Virus record (IMG/VR): IMGVR_UViG_3300008952_000003
Location: 129,158 to 193,157 of that record
DNA from: a virus
Length of the DNA: 64,000 nucleotides
Direction: 5' to 3' (one strand)
Shown: positions 53,905-61,639 of the stretch, one piece after another
How the letters are laid out: each line of letters opens with the position of its first letter
Numbering within the stretch: the first letter of the stretch is position 1
Translations under genes and position numbers: made by a program
Notes under the pieces: generated by a model
What the model saw: the letters and a program-made list of their open reading frames with translations, nothing else
What the model was told of the DNA's origin: nothing
Databases searched by the model: none

Positions 53905-54182
53905 TGGCATCAATACAGAAGAAAAAGAACGGTGAAAAAATTATCGCTTTAAATAGGGGTGAGAGTGCGATTGTGTTTACAGACGAAGGAATACACCAAA
54001 TCCTTTCGCAAACCTTCAAAAGCACCCTTTTAGAGGCACAGAGGACCCAAGGAAAGTCAATAATGGAAAGATTCGAGAAGTGCGCAGACAAAGATGCTAC
54101 GTCTGTTATAAATGATTTCGTATTGATCCAAGTTGTGAATCTGTTGGCAGAGATTGTTGATAATTTAAAGTCAAAAAAATAA
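53904..54182 (+). CDS. hypothetical protein
   Basis: ATG overlaps upstream TAA. Confidence 0.6.
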   Translation: MASIQKKKNGEKIIALNRGESAIVFTDEGIHQILSQTFKSTLLEAQRTQGKSIMERFEKCADKDATSVINDFVLIQVVNLLAEIVDNLKSKK

Positions 54183-54200
54183 AGCTTTGTTTTTTAAAAA

Positions 54201-54208
54201 ACTATTTA
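54201..54208 (+). promoter_or_regulatory. putative late promoter
   Basis: ACTATTTA upstream of 54236. Confidence 0.6.
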
Positions 54209-54235
54209 TAATACAAAGCATGGGAGACTTTCATC

Positions 54236-55195
54236 ATGAAAATCACGAAAACAAGACTTAGAGAGATAATTGCACAAGAAATAGTGGGAATCCGCGAGTA
54301 TCGTGATCTACCGGATGATCCTGAATATGCATACTGGATCCAGGATCCGGAATTGTGGAATAAATTTCTTGAGAAAGCCAAAACCCCCACGGTATCACCA
54401 GAAGACTTTAAGACGTTGAGGGCCGCGAAGGAGAAAGTCGACACAGATCAACCCATTGGAATCCATCACGCGCTGGAGGTAGGAAATCGAGAACTGTATG
54501 ACTTCGCCGTGGCCGCGCGAGCCGCCATGGATAAGCACGATCCCAGATTGTCGAATAGCGAAGGCGCCAAGATAAGCGAATCAACAAAAATCACGAAAAC
54601 GAGGCTTAGAGAGATAATTGCACAAGAAATGAGCAATACTGCTTATGACCGCGATGATGGGGGTGAAACCAAGACCATCGATAGTCTCATCGACGATCTT
54701 GGAAACGCAGCAGAGCAGTTAAATCATGTCTTAAAGATGGCGGACAAGAAAGTGGAACCGGACGTGGGCGCGCTTAAAACAGCGCTTCAAGGCCTTGAGC
54801 GCTTTCGGGATGAAAAAGATGAAGAATATGGCGAACTCCTGGATCAGGCGGACAATGCTATAGATCAAGCTAATTTAAACGACCTTTCTGGTATCCTCAC
54901 CGACCTTCAAAAATATAGACTAACATCATGGATTGAGGAATATGTCGTAGCGGACGATAATAAAGCTTGGATCGATCTTGCAACGAAGATGCTCAGCAAA
55001 GGTCGCTGGACGGAAGATACCTTTAAGGCACTAACTAGACTCAAGGGTGAGATCAGATTGGGAAAGGACTATCCCAACCTCACAGACGAAGAACGAGACC
55101 TTCTTGATCTTAGCGATCCAGACAAAAATGCAAGTCGGGCCCCGATGACCGAACAAGATCTTCTTAAAATTATCCGCGATGTTTTGGCAGAGTGA
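54236..55195 (+). CDS. MKITK-motif protein with internally duplicated motif, candidate internal virion protein
   Basis: KITKTRLREIIAQE twice (DNA 54239-54282 and 54587-54630). Confidence 0.7.
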   Translation: MKITKTRLREIIAQEIVGIREYRDLPDDPEYAYWIQDPELWNKFLEKAKTPTVSPEDFKTLRAAKEKVDTDQPIGIHHALEVGNRELYDFAVAARAAMDKHDPRLSNSEGAKISESTKITKTRLREIIAQEMSNTAYDRDDGGETKTIDSLIDDLGNAAEQLNHVLKMADKKVEPDVGALKTALQGLERFRDEKDEEYGELLDQADNAIDQANLNDLSGILTDLQKYRLTSWIEEYVVADDNKAWIDLATKMLSKGRWTEDTFKALTRLKGEIRLGKDYPNLTDEERDLLDLSDPDKNASRAPMTEQDLLKIIRDVLAE

Positions 55196-55347
55196 TATTA
55201 AATATTGCAGGCATAATATTCATACTTGCATACATGTTTTTTGTTGCTTATATATGCATTAAGCTTATGTATGCAATATCATGGATCCTAGAGCCAATGA
55301 TCGAGGGCCTAATAGGAACTATCATATACCTCCTCCAGAGAAAATAA
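55192..55347 (+). CDS. small membrane protein (51 aa)
   Basis: GTG overlapping upstream TGA; hydrophobic. Confidence 0.5.
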   Translation: MILNIAGIIFILAYMFFVAYICIKLMYAISWILEPMIEGLIGTIIYLLQRK

Positions 55348-55359
55348 TATTAATTTCTC

Positions 55360-55388
55360 TTGACAGAGATCACATATGGTGCTATAAT
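55360..55388 (+). promoter_or_regulatory. sigma70-type promoter
   Basis: TTGACA-17-TATAAT. Confidence 0.85.
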
Positions 55389-55417
55389 GTAAGTACAATA
55401 TAACAAAGAGGTGTCTC

Positions 55418-55846
55418 ATGTACATTAAATACATTATTTCGTCGTTAATCCTATTGTTAACCGTCACAGGGTGTGATATCGTCATTGATACCCCACGTCC
55501 GCAGGGCCCGGTGGTGATCGTTGATCACGATTATCCAATCCTTCACGATGCAAACGTTGTTTGTAGGTGGGATAACTACTATTATGATTATGTATGGGAG
55601 TTTGACGCATGGGTTGATCACACTTATGGTCCCCGCGAAATTGCCGAGGTTTGGGTAGATGTGTGGCATGGACCGCATTTGGTAAACTCTTTTCCACTAT
55701 ATCCCGATATTGGCAGTCACTGGGATTCTGATTGGATCGAATGGAGTGAGACCAATCTATATTGCGGTGATTACTATGAGTTCGAATTCGTTGCGTATGA
55801 TTGGCATGGTGCTGAAGACTATTTGCTGATTGTACCCACTTATTAG
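55418..55846 (+). CDS. lipoprotein (paralog of 52998-53468)
   Basis: lipobox TVTGC; aromatic-rich beta domain. Confidence 0.75.
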   Translation: MYIKYIISSLILLLTVTGCDIVIDTPRPQGPVVIVDHDYPILHDANVVCRWDNYYYDYVWEFDAWVDHTYGPREIAEVWVDVWHGPHLVNSFPLYPDIGSHWDSDWIEWSETNLYCGDYYEFEFVAYDWHGAEDYLLIVPTY

Positions 55847-55855
55847 GGGACAGCT

Positions 55856-56437
55856 ATGGATAGTTTAGAAGCAAATATGGAGATTGAATATAAGTTTTGG
55901 GCTGGGAATGTCACAAAACAAGATTTTCACTCTCTTTTGGAGACTGCCATAGGTCGTCAATATGAACCACTGTACGTGTGTTCATGTGATGACTATTATG
56001 TCAATCAAGATCATGATTCCTTTTTAAGATATCGCAAAGGAGGGATGGTCACGGAACTCACACTCAAGCAAAAGCGCGAAGGAAATGTCGTTAGAAAGGA
56101 GATTAATCTTGATATGACAAGCAATGATGACTCTTCTGTTGTCGAATTCTTGCTTTTGAGTGGTTATGAAAAGACATTTTCTGTGTTCAAAGAGGCTTGG
56201 ATTTGGGAATTCGAGGATTGTGATGTTTCTTATTACATTTTATCGGATGGAAGGGCTGTTGTGGAGCTAGAAGCCACAATATATGATACACAAGAGCAAG
56301 GAATAGCGATCATTGACGAGTGGTCAAGCAAATTGAAGTGTAATAAACTGATGAGAGAATCACGCTCATTGTTTGAGATATTCACACAAGAGGCAGAATC
56401 ACGCGAGTTGTGTGATGTTGGTGGGTGTGTTAAATAA
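55856..56437 (+). CDS. CYTH (triphosphate tunnel metalloenzyme) domain protein
   Basis: EIEYKF (ExExK), DDYY, LRYR, ELTLK, RKEIN, VELE. Confidence 0.85.
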   Translation: MDSLEANMEIEYKFWAGNVTKQDFHSLLETAIGRQYEPLYVCSCDDYYVNQDHDSFLRYRKGGMVTELTLKQKREGNVVRKEINLDMTSNDDSSVVEFLLLSGYEKTFSVFKEAWIWEFEDCDVSYYILSDGRAVVELEATIYDTQEQGIAIIDEWSSKLKCNKLMRESRSLFEIFTQEAESRELCDVGGCVK

Positions 56438-56480
56438 AAATTTAGCGAAAAAATAAAAAAAATTTGCGGCGCGAAAACGG
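56436..56480 (+). repeat. A-tract/CGCG intergenic motif, copy 2
   Basis: AAAAATTTAGCGAAAAAATAAAAAAAATTTGCGGCGCGAAAACGG. Confidence 0.55.
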
Positions 56481-56485
56481 TGCGT

Positions 56486-56493
56486 ACTATTTA
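56486..56493 (+). promoter_or_regulatory. putative late promoter
   Basis: ACTATTTA upstream of 56517. Confidence 0.6.
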
Positions 56494-56516
56494 CGTTACT
56501 GAGGAGATTTTTTAGA

Positions 56517-56870
56517 ATGAAACTTACAAGGAACAGATTGAAGCGGATAATTTCCGAAGAAATGGAGCGGCTAACCGAAGTCGACAATAGTCGGGTGCAA
56601 ATCGCAACTGCACAATCTATGATGGATGATGTTAATCAGACGGGAGATCCGAAACTTATTGATGAGGTCTGTGTCCTTTTGGACCAAATCATAACTGTCA
56701 CCTCTAATTTATCTGACGGATCTATGCAGGGCGCCATCATCACCCATATTCAAAGCCTCAAGAGTCTCATCGATGAGATCAAGGAAGACGCAAACAGCAG
56801 GGCAGAACCAGAAGTTGATATGCCCGATCAAAATATGGGCGGCGTTGAGGTCGATACGCCCGAAATATAA
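56517..56870 (+). CDS. MKITK-like-motif protein, candidate internal virion protein
   Basis: MKLTRNRLKRIISEE...LTE. Confidence 0.65.
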   Translation: MKLTRNRLKRIISEEMERLTEVDNSRVQIATAQSMMDDVNQTGDPKLIDEVCVLLDQIITVTSNLSDGSMQGAIITHIQSLKSLIDEIKEDANSRAEPEVDMPDQNMGGVEVDTPEI

Positions 56871-56901
56871 TTTAAAAAAGCATTTTTTTATATTTCTAGC
56901 C

Positions 56902-56909
56902 CATAGTTA
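56902..56909 (+). promoter_or_regulatory. putative late promoter variant (leaderless type)
   Basis: CATAGTTA, 5 nt before GTG 56915. Confidence 0.5.
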
Positions 56910-56914
56910 CTAGT

Positions 56915-57364
56915 GTGAAAGCATTTCTATTATCGCTATTCTTTATCACTAGTTGCTCCTCTGAGCCTCGCCTGACCGGATATAAATACGGCGGTGGCTG
57001 GGATGGGAATAAAATAAGGACTTGTAACGAGAGCGACATTATGCAAAAATGGTGGCACTTCGAAACAAAAAACGCAATTGTCAGCACGCTAGTTCCTGGT
57101 TTTGAGGATCTGTGTGCTTTTCCAAAAGAAGATGGTGTTCTTTTCTGGAATGAGGCTGAAGGCTGGGGCGCTTGGCAAGATCAATGGGATTGGTCATGCT
57201 CGGACATTGATACGATGAAGGTTCTTGATACAGACAATAATGATGTCTATTACGTTCAGATCTTCGGAAAAGATCCAGATGGATGCTATGATATCGAAGT
57301 TTCCGATAGTGGAATCACAGTAAGGGGCGAAATGTGCCCCTGTGATGACCCATTCGAAGAATAG
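56915..57364 (+). CDS. Cys/Trp-rich lipoprotein
   Basis: lipobox FITSC; six further Cys. Confidence 0.7.
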   Translation: MKAFLLSLFFITSCSSEPRLTGYKYGGGWDGNKIRTCNESDIMQKWWHFETKNAIVSTLVPGFEDLCAFPKEDGVLFWNEAEGWGAWQDQWDWSCSDIDTMKVLDTDNNDVYYVQIFGKDPDGCYDIEVSDSGITVRGEMCPCDDPFEE

Positions 57365-57383
57365 GATTTTAACCTTATAAGTA

Positions 57384-57391
57384 ACTATTTA
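57384..57391 (+). promoter_or_regulatory. putative late promoter
   Basis: ACTATTTA upstream of 57420. Confidence 0.6.
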
Positions 57392-57419
57392 TATTATAAT
57401 AATATAGGAGACCTTTACC

Positions 57420-58604
57420 ATGAAGGCTATTAAGAACAAGAAAAGATTTGATGCTCGCAGATTTCTCAGCGAGAGGAAAGAAGAAACTAAAGAGAATATT
57501 GAAGAAATTAAAGTGAGTTTTAATGATTTCTCGTTCGATAATTGGCTTGAAGAGGAGTCTGTTAAAGAATTTCAAGTTGGCGACGGCGCGCGTGATCCCT
57601 ATGCTCAGAGTGAAGTTCCACCGCCAACAAAAGAAAATCCAAAGCGAAAAAGTGACGAAGAGCTTGCTAAGGAACTAGCCGATCGCGAGCCTGGTAAAAT
57701 GGTTAAGAACACCTATGAAGAAGGCTGCGGCGAGCCAGAGATGGGTCCAGAAGAAGACGAGCTAGCAGTTACTGATCTTTCCCCGGATGAAGCATTTGGC
57801 GCAGGTTATACGGCTGCTGTGGAAGAAATTATGGCTTCAATTCAAGGCCTCTTGGAAGATCCAATAGAGATGGGTACTGCTCCTGGAGAGGAGGAGAAAG
57901 GAGCCGTTGACATCTCCGCTATATTCGAAGATGATGATGAAATGGTTGGCCAACTTCCAAAAGCAACAGAGTATAGCCCTGATGATCCCGTTTATATGAT
58001 CACTACTAATGACGGAAAAAACCCCGAGCACAAGTCGCAGAGCGCCAATGAAATCGGAGACTGGTACGATAAATTCAGTGAGGAGGGTTATTCAGATGAA
58101 CAAATAATAGTAACAAAAAACCGTGATCCACTTAACGATATATTCGACGAGCCTGGATACGACGTTAACGGCGACGAGCGACCGGAGTGGGAAGACGAAG
58201 CCGCCGAGCTGGATAGGGGGCTCCAAGGAAAAACGTCTGGACGTGTTGATTATGGGATCGGTACCCCGCGACTCAAAAGTGGATCACGTATCCCGCGAGC
58301 GGGTCGGCGAGGTGTTAGTGAATCCCTGCGTGTTCAAGAAGATTCAGACCAAGAAGAAAGGGATACAGCAGTTCAAAAATTGGATGATATAGTCAACAAA
58401 GACTGGAAAGAAAAACATTACTATGTCATAAAGCGTGGGGAAATGAGAAGTGTCAGAAAACCGGGAACCCTCGGCCCCAAGGGTCATGAAGTTGTACGCC
58501 AAAGAACCGAAGACGGACTTAGATCTTTCGCGAGTAGATTGAAGGCTGGGGGAGAGCCATATGCTACCAATTTACCTGACGAGCTAGACCTAGAAGAATC
58601 CTGA
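57420..58604 (+). CDS. acidic low-complexity late protein, candidate internal virion protein
   Basis: E/D-rich, LSE/LEE/VSE motifs, late motif upstream. Confidence 0.6.
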   Translation: MKAIKNKKRFDARRFLSERKEETKENIEEIKVSFNDFSFDNWLEEESVKEFQVGDGARDPYAQSEVPPPTKENPKRKSDEELAKELADREPGKMVKNTYEEGCGEPEMGPEEDELAVTDLSPDEAFGAGYTAAVEEIMASIQGLLEDPIEMGTAPGEEEKGAVDISAIFEDDDEMVGQLPKATEYSPDDPVYMITTNDGKNPEHKSQSANEIGDWYDKFSEEGYSDEQIIVTKNRDPLNDIFDEPGYDVNGDERPEWEDEAAELDRGLQGKTSGRVDYGIGTPRLKSGSRIPRAGRRGVSESLRVQEDSDQEERDTAVQKLDDIVNKDWKEKHYYVIKRGEMRSVRKPGTLGPKGHEVVRQRTEDGLRSFASRLKAGGEPYATNLPDELDLEES

Positions 58605-58672
58605 ACAGAAGAAAACGATCAGGGTGATCAAGATGATATCTAAAATAGTTTTAATATTTTTTATTTTATGTA

Positions 58673-58701
58673 TTGCATCTTTCATATGTTCGTGGTATAA
58701 T
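58673..58701 (+). promoter_or_regulatory. sigma70-type promoter (for 58707 and tmRNA)
   Basis: TTGCAT-17-TATAAT with TGn. Confidence 0.65.
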
Positions 58702-58706
58702 ATGAC

Positions 58707-58979
58707 ATGGATTGGTTGAGCAAAGAAGTAATTGAGGAACTCAGATTGATCATCAAGCGTCAAACTTCCGTTCTCAAACAAGTTCAAGTTAGAAAAGAGG
58801 ATGCTCTAGTCGAGTACGAGTTAAACAAAAAAATAGAAGATGAAATGATGCAAGAAGAGTGGATGATGCGCAGAGCTATCGCTCTTTTAAAAGATGCATA
58901 CGAAAACGTATATCATACTGAGCCGAATTTAAAAGGGATTAATAAAGAAGAACCTATATTTACAGGTGATGAAAAATAG
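58707..58979 (+). CDS. small coiled-coil hypothetical protein
   Basis: ORF behind promoter. Confidence 0.55.
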   Translation: MDWLSKEVIEELRLIIKRQTSVLKQVQVRKEDALVEYELNKKIEDEMMQEEWMMRRAIALLKDAYENVYHTEPNLKGINKEEPIFTGDEK

Positions 58980-59085
58980 AATTCCAAAAGAAGATTATAT
59001 TACTGTTGCTTTTAGTTCATTGATGGCCATTGCTTTTTTCTTTCTACTATTGTGGATGGCATTATCTGCAAATGGCTGTTTATAA
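58969..59085 (+). CDS. small membrane protein (38 aa)
   Basis: one TM helix, overlaps upstream stop. Confidence 0.5.
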   Translation: MKNRIPKEDYITVAFSSLMAIAFFFLLLWMALSANGCL

Positions 59086-59098
59086 AAAAACATTTAAC

Positions 59099-59438
59099 GG
59101 GGGTGCCCTGGCTTCGACGTGGTAATAGAAATGGATAGTGCAGGTGGTCTACTTCAATAAATGACCTTAAACTTATTGAACTCATGATAATTGCCAATAA
59201 CAATAATCATTTTCAAGCTGTAGCCCTCGCGGCTTAGTTTGCTGGGTTTTCGTTGACCTTGTTACCCAATAGCGAATAAGCAGGTGATTCTGCCGACAGC
59301 AAAACATCCGAGTTGTTAATGCTTGTAAAGCAGCGGGAATTTAACAAGCCATTTGATTGTTTAAGAAAATAATCTAAACCTGTGAACGACTTGAACTGGA
59401 CATTATTGCGGACGCGGGTTCGATTCCCGCCACCTCCA
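59099..59438 (+). ncRNA. ssrA: tmRNA
   Basis: GGGGGTG/CACCTCC acceptor with G3.U70, TTCGAC 5' motif, T arm GCGGG-TTCGATT-CCCGC, tag ORF 59193-59237 = ANNNNHFQAVALAA*. Confidence 0.95.
59422..59438 (+). repeat. 17-bp direct repeat, left copy (tmRNA 3' end)
   Basis: GATTCCCGCCACCTCCA, followed by ACT (no CCA). Confidence 0.95.
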
Positions 59439-60045
59439 ACTCCACCTAAAAAACAGGGCATTTCCACCTTCTTGTGACTATTTATTCATAGGAGGGCGGA
59501 AATGTCCAAAATTGAAATTGAATGTTTTTACTGTAATACAAAATTTAAAAAAAGAAAAGCAGAACATAATAGAAGTTTAAAACTTGGAAGAAAATCATTT
59601 TGTTCTAGAAGATGTGCTGGAAAAATTAATGCTTCTAACCTAAAAGAGTTTCGAGGAATTGGCATGCCGGAAAACTTTGTAAGCGATAATAGACGAGACG
59701 AATACTCTGAATTCAAATGGTTTATGAGGTGTATACGCCGAAGAAAGAAACAATATAATGTTGATTTAAAATTCTTAAAGCAAATTTGGTTAGAACAAAA
59801 AGGTATTTGCCCGATTACTGGTTGGGAATTGGCATTACCAAAACATTCTTCTGACTGGGGATCAAAACAGGATAAAATGTTCCGTGCTTCTCTAGACAGG
59901 ATAGACAATCAACTTGGGTATGTAAAGGGAAATGTAAGATTTATAGCGGTAATAGCAAATTACTGTAAAAACGAATTTAGTGATGATGATTTGATGTTAT
60001 TTTGTGAGGCAGTTACATCAAATAAGTAGATTCCCGCCACCTCCA
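59439..60045 (+). mobile_element. HNH endonuclease cassette inserted at the tmRNA 3' end
   Basis: single AT-rich ORF with own late motif (59477-59484) between 17-bp direct repeats. Confidence 0.75.
59502..60029 (+). CDS. HNH / His-Me finger endonuclease with N-terminal Zn finger
   Basis: CFYC...FCSRRC; CPITG...ASLDRID..GYVKGNV...AN.CK. Confidence 0.8.
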   Translation: MSKIEIECFYCNTKFKKRKAEHNRSLKLGRKSFCSRRCAGKINASNLKEFRGIGMPENFVSDNRRDEYSEFKWFMRCIRRRKKQYNVDLKFLKQIWLEQKGICPITGWELALPKHSSDWGSKQDKMFRASLDRIDNQLGYVKGNVRFIAVIANYCKNEFSDDDLMLFCEAVTSNK

Positions 60046-60048
60046 CCA
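60029..60048 (+). repeat. 17-bp direct repeat, right copy plus CCA (displaced tmRNA 3' end)
   Basis: GATTCCCGCCACCTCCA-CCA. Confidence 0.95.
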
Positions 60049-60072
60049 TTTTATTTTAACATGAGGATAAAA

Positions 60073-60201
60073 ATGCAAGAAGAAGAAAAAGAAGAAGAAA
60101 GGCCACACTTAGATAACGCCCTTGAGGAATGCGGAGATGCATGCTCGGCTGAATTTGAAGATGTGTGGAATATTTGGGATTGGCATAAAGGGTGGGGTTG
60201 A
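60073..60201 (+). CDS. small acidic hypothetical protein
   Basis: SD GAGGA before ATG 60073. Confidence 0.45.
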   Translation: MQEEEKEEERPHLDNALEECGDACSAEFEDVWNIWDWHKGWG

Positions 60202-60204
60202 AAA

Positions 60205-60471
60205 ATGAGACCTTTAAAAATTGAACCAAAAGAAGTCGATATAATTGTCGCGTCGTTGGGTAACTCCCTTGATATTTGGGGAAAACGAATTGATAATAGA
60301 GACTTACCAGAAGATTTTGACGATGGCATTGCCGAAAGTCTATTTCTTGATATGTTGGCAACATATGATAAGTTTTTAGAATTTCAATTTCAAATGTCAG
60401 AAGATTTAGAGAATGAGGCCGAGGAAGCCCCAGAGAACGTAATCCCATTCCGGATTCCCGATGGGCCCTGA
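60205..60471 (+). CDS. small acidic hypothetical protein
   Basis: C-terminal NVIPF motif. Confidence 0.6.
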   Translation: MRPLKIEPKEVDIIVASLGNSLDIWGKRIDNRDLPEDFDDGIAESLFLDMLATYDKFLEFQFQMSEDLENEAEEAPENVIPFRIPDGP

Positions 60472-60637
60472 TGAAGAGGGTAAAGAATTAACACTCGAAG
60501 AGTTGGAGTTTGTTCGTGGCGGATTTGATTATTCTGGCTTCTATAAATACCGTGCGGAAATTCTAAATAATTTCAAACTAAAAGATAAATCTAGCAACTA
60601 TTTATTGGTAAAAGAGGAGTACCCATCAAATGACTAG
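60461..60637 (+). CDS. 58-aa peptide with double-glycine (bacteriocin-type) leader motif
   Basis: MGPDEEGKELTLEELEFVRGG-FDYSGFY...; overlaps both neighbours as in an operon. Confidence 0.6.
   Translation: MGPDEEGKELTLEELEFVRGGFDYSGFYKYRAEILNNFKLKDKSSNYLLVKEEYPSND
60597..60604 (+). promoter_or_regulatory. putative late promoter
   Basis: ACTATTTA upstream of 60630. Confidence 0.6.
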
Positions 60638-61274
60638 ATCTACAATTCACGGGAGCCAAATCAGAGACGAAACCGTAACTGATTCTGATATCGCCGAAAA
60701 TGCCATCGGAGCGAGTGAAATAGGGAGCGGCTCAATTTGTGATCAAGTTGAGGTCACCGATATAAATGCTGATGATTGTATTTTAATCAGCAAAACAGAT
60801 GATTCTGGAAATCTCAAGAAAGTAAAGATTATGAATCTCGCGGGGGCAGCTTCATTTGATAGCTCTCCTTCTCAAACTTTCTTGCAATCTACGGAGCATG
60901 GATATGATAAGAGTGACAATAAATTAATTTTTATCCCATGGTATGAAAAGACAGAAAAAACATCTCCAGATTATTTAGATCAGCATATTGCACCCTTTGA
61001 CGGGAGACTTTTAAAAGTTTATGTAAGAAGCTCTCAAAATAACATGGACTCTACCATCGTTGGGATTCATCTAAACGATGCTGGCGAGTCTGAAGTTTCT
61101 ACCAGCCCGCTTGAAACAGTCACTTCAACCATCGCAGATGACGCTGTTGGAGTTTTTGAATTTTCTTCTGCTTCTCATTTTTCAGCTGGCGATATTGTTG
61201 GAATAAGTATCAATCCCACGGGTGATCATAAAAAAGTTAATGTTACCTGTGTTTGGGAATATACATTATCGTAG
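60630..61274 (+). CDS. probable virion structural / tail-associated protein
   Basis: HGSQIRDETVTDSDIAENAI repeats typical of fibre-associated proteins; beta-rich C-domain. Confidence 0.55.
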   Translation: MTRSTIHGSQIRDETVTDSDIAENAIGASEIGSGSICDQVEVTDINADDCILISKTDDSGNLKKVKIMNLAGAASFDSSPSQTFLQSTEHGYDKSDNKLIFIPWYEKTEKTSPDYLDQHIAPFDGRLLKVYVRSSQNNMDSTIVGIHLNDAGESEVSTSPLETVTSTIADDAVGVFEFSSASHFSAGDIVGISINPTGDHKKVNVTCVWEYTLS

Positions 61275-61287
61275 AATTTTAAATTGT

Positions 61288-61295
61288 ACTATTTA
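61288..61295 (+). promoter_or_regulatory. putative late promoter (leaderless type)
   Basis: ACTATTTA, 5 nt before GTG 61301. Confidence 0.6.
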
Positions 61296-61300
61296 TAGGC

Positions 61301-61639
61301 GTGTATGAATATCAAGCAAGATTGTTGAGAGTTGTTGATGGAGATACTATCGATGCCACGATTGACCTCGGTTTCGACGTGTGGGTTAAGAAAAGGGTGC
61401 GATTATACGGCATAGACGCTCCGGAAAGCCGCACTAGGGACCTCGAAGAGAAGAAGAGGGGTCTCGAAGCGAAGGAAAAGCTAATAGATCTCCTCGAAGC
61501 CTGTAACGGCGAATTTGTGATTAAGTCACACGGGGTGGGAAAATATGGTAGATGCCTCGGCGTGATAATCGTCGATGGCGAAAACATCAATGAATCTCTC
61601 ATAAAAGAAGGCTATGCCAAGGAATATTTAAAAAAATGA
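61301..61639 (+). CDS. thermonuclease (SNase-like)
   Basis: RVVDGDT, VRLYGIDAPES, GKYGRCLG, GYA. Confidence 0.92.
   Translation: MYEYQARLLRVVDGDTIDATIDLGFDVWVKKRVRLYGIDAPESRTRDLEEKKRGLEAKEKLIDLLEACNGEFVIKSHGVGKYGRCLGVIIVDGENINESLIKEGYAKEYLKK

Noticed and set aside
59422-60048. Group I intron in the tmRNA T loop
   Set aside because: The sequence is duplicated rather than split, the upstream tmRNA is already complete, the ORF leaves no room for a ribozyme core, and the required 5' exon would not end in U
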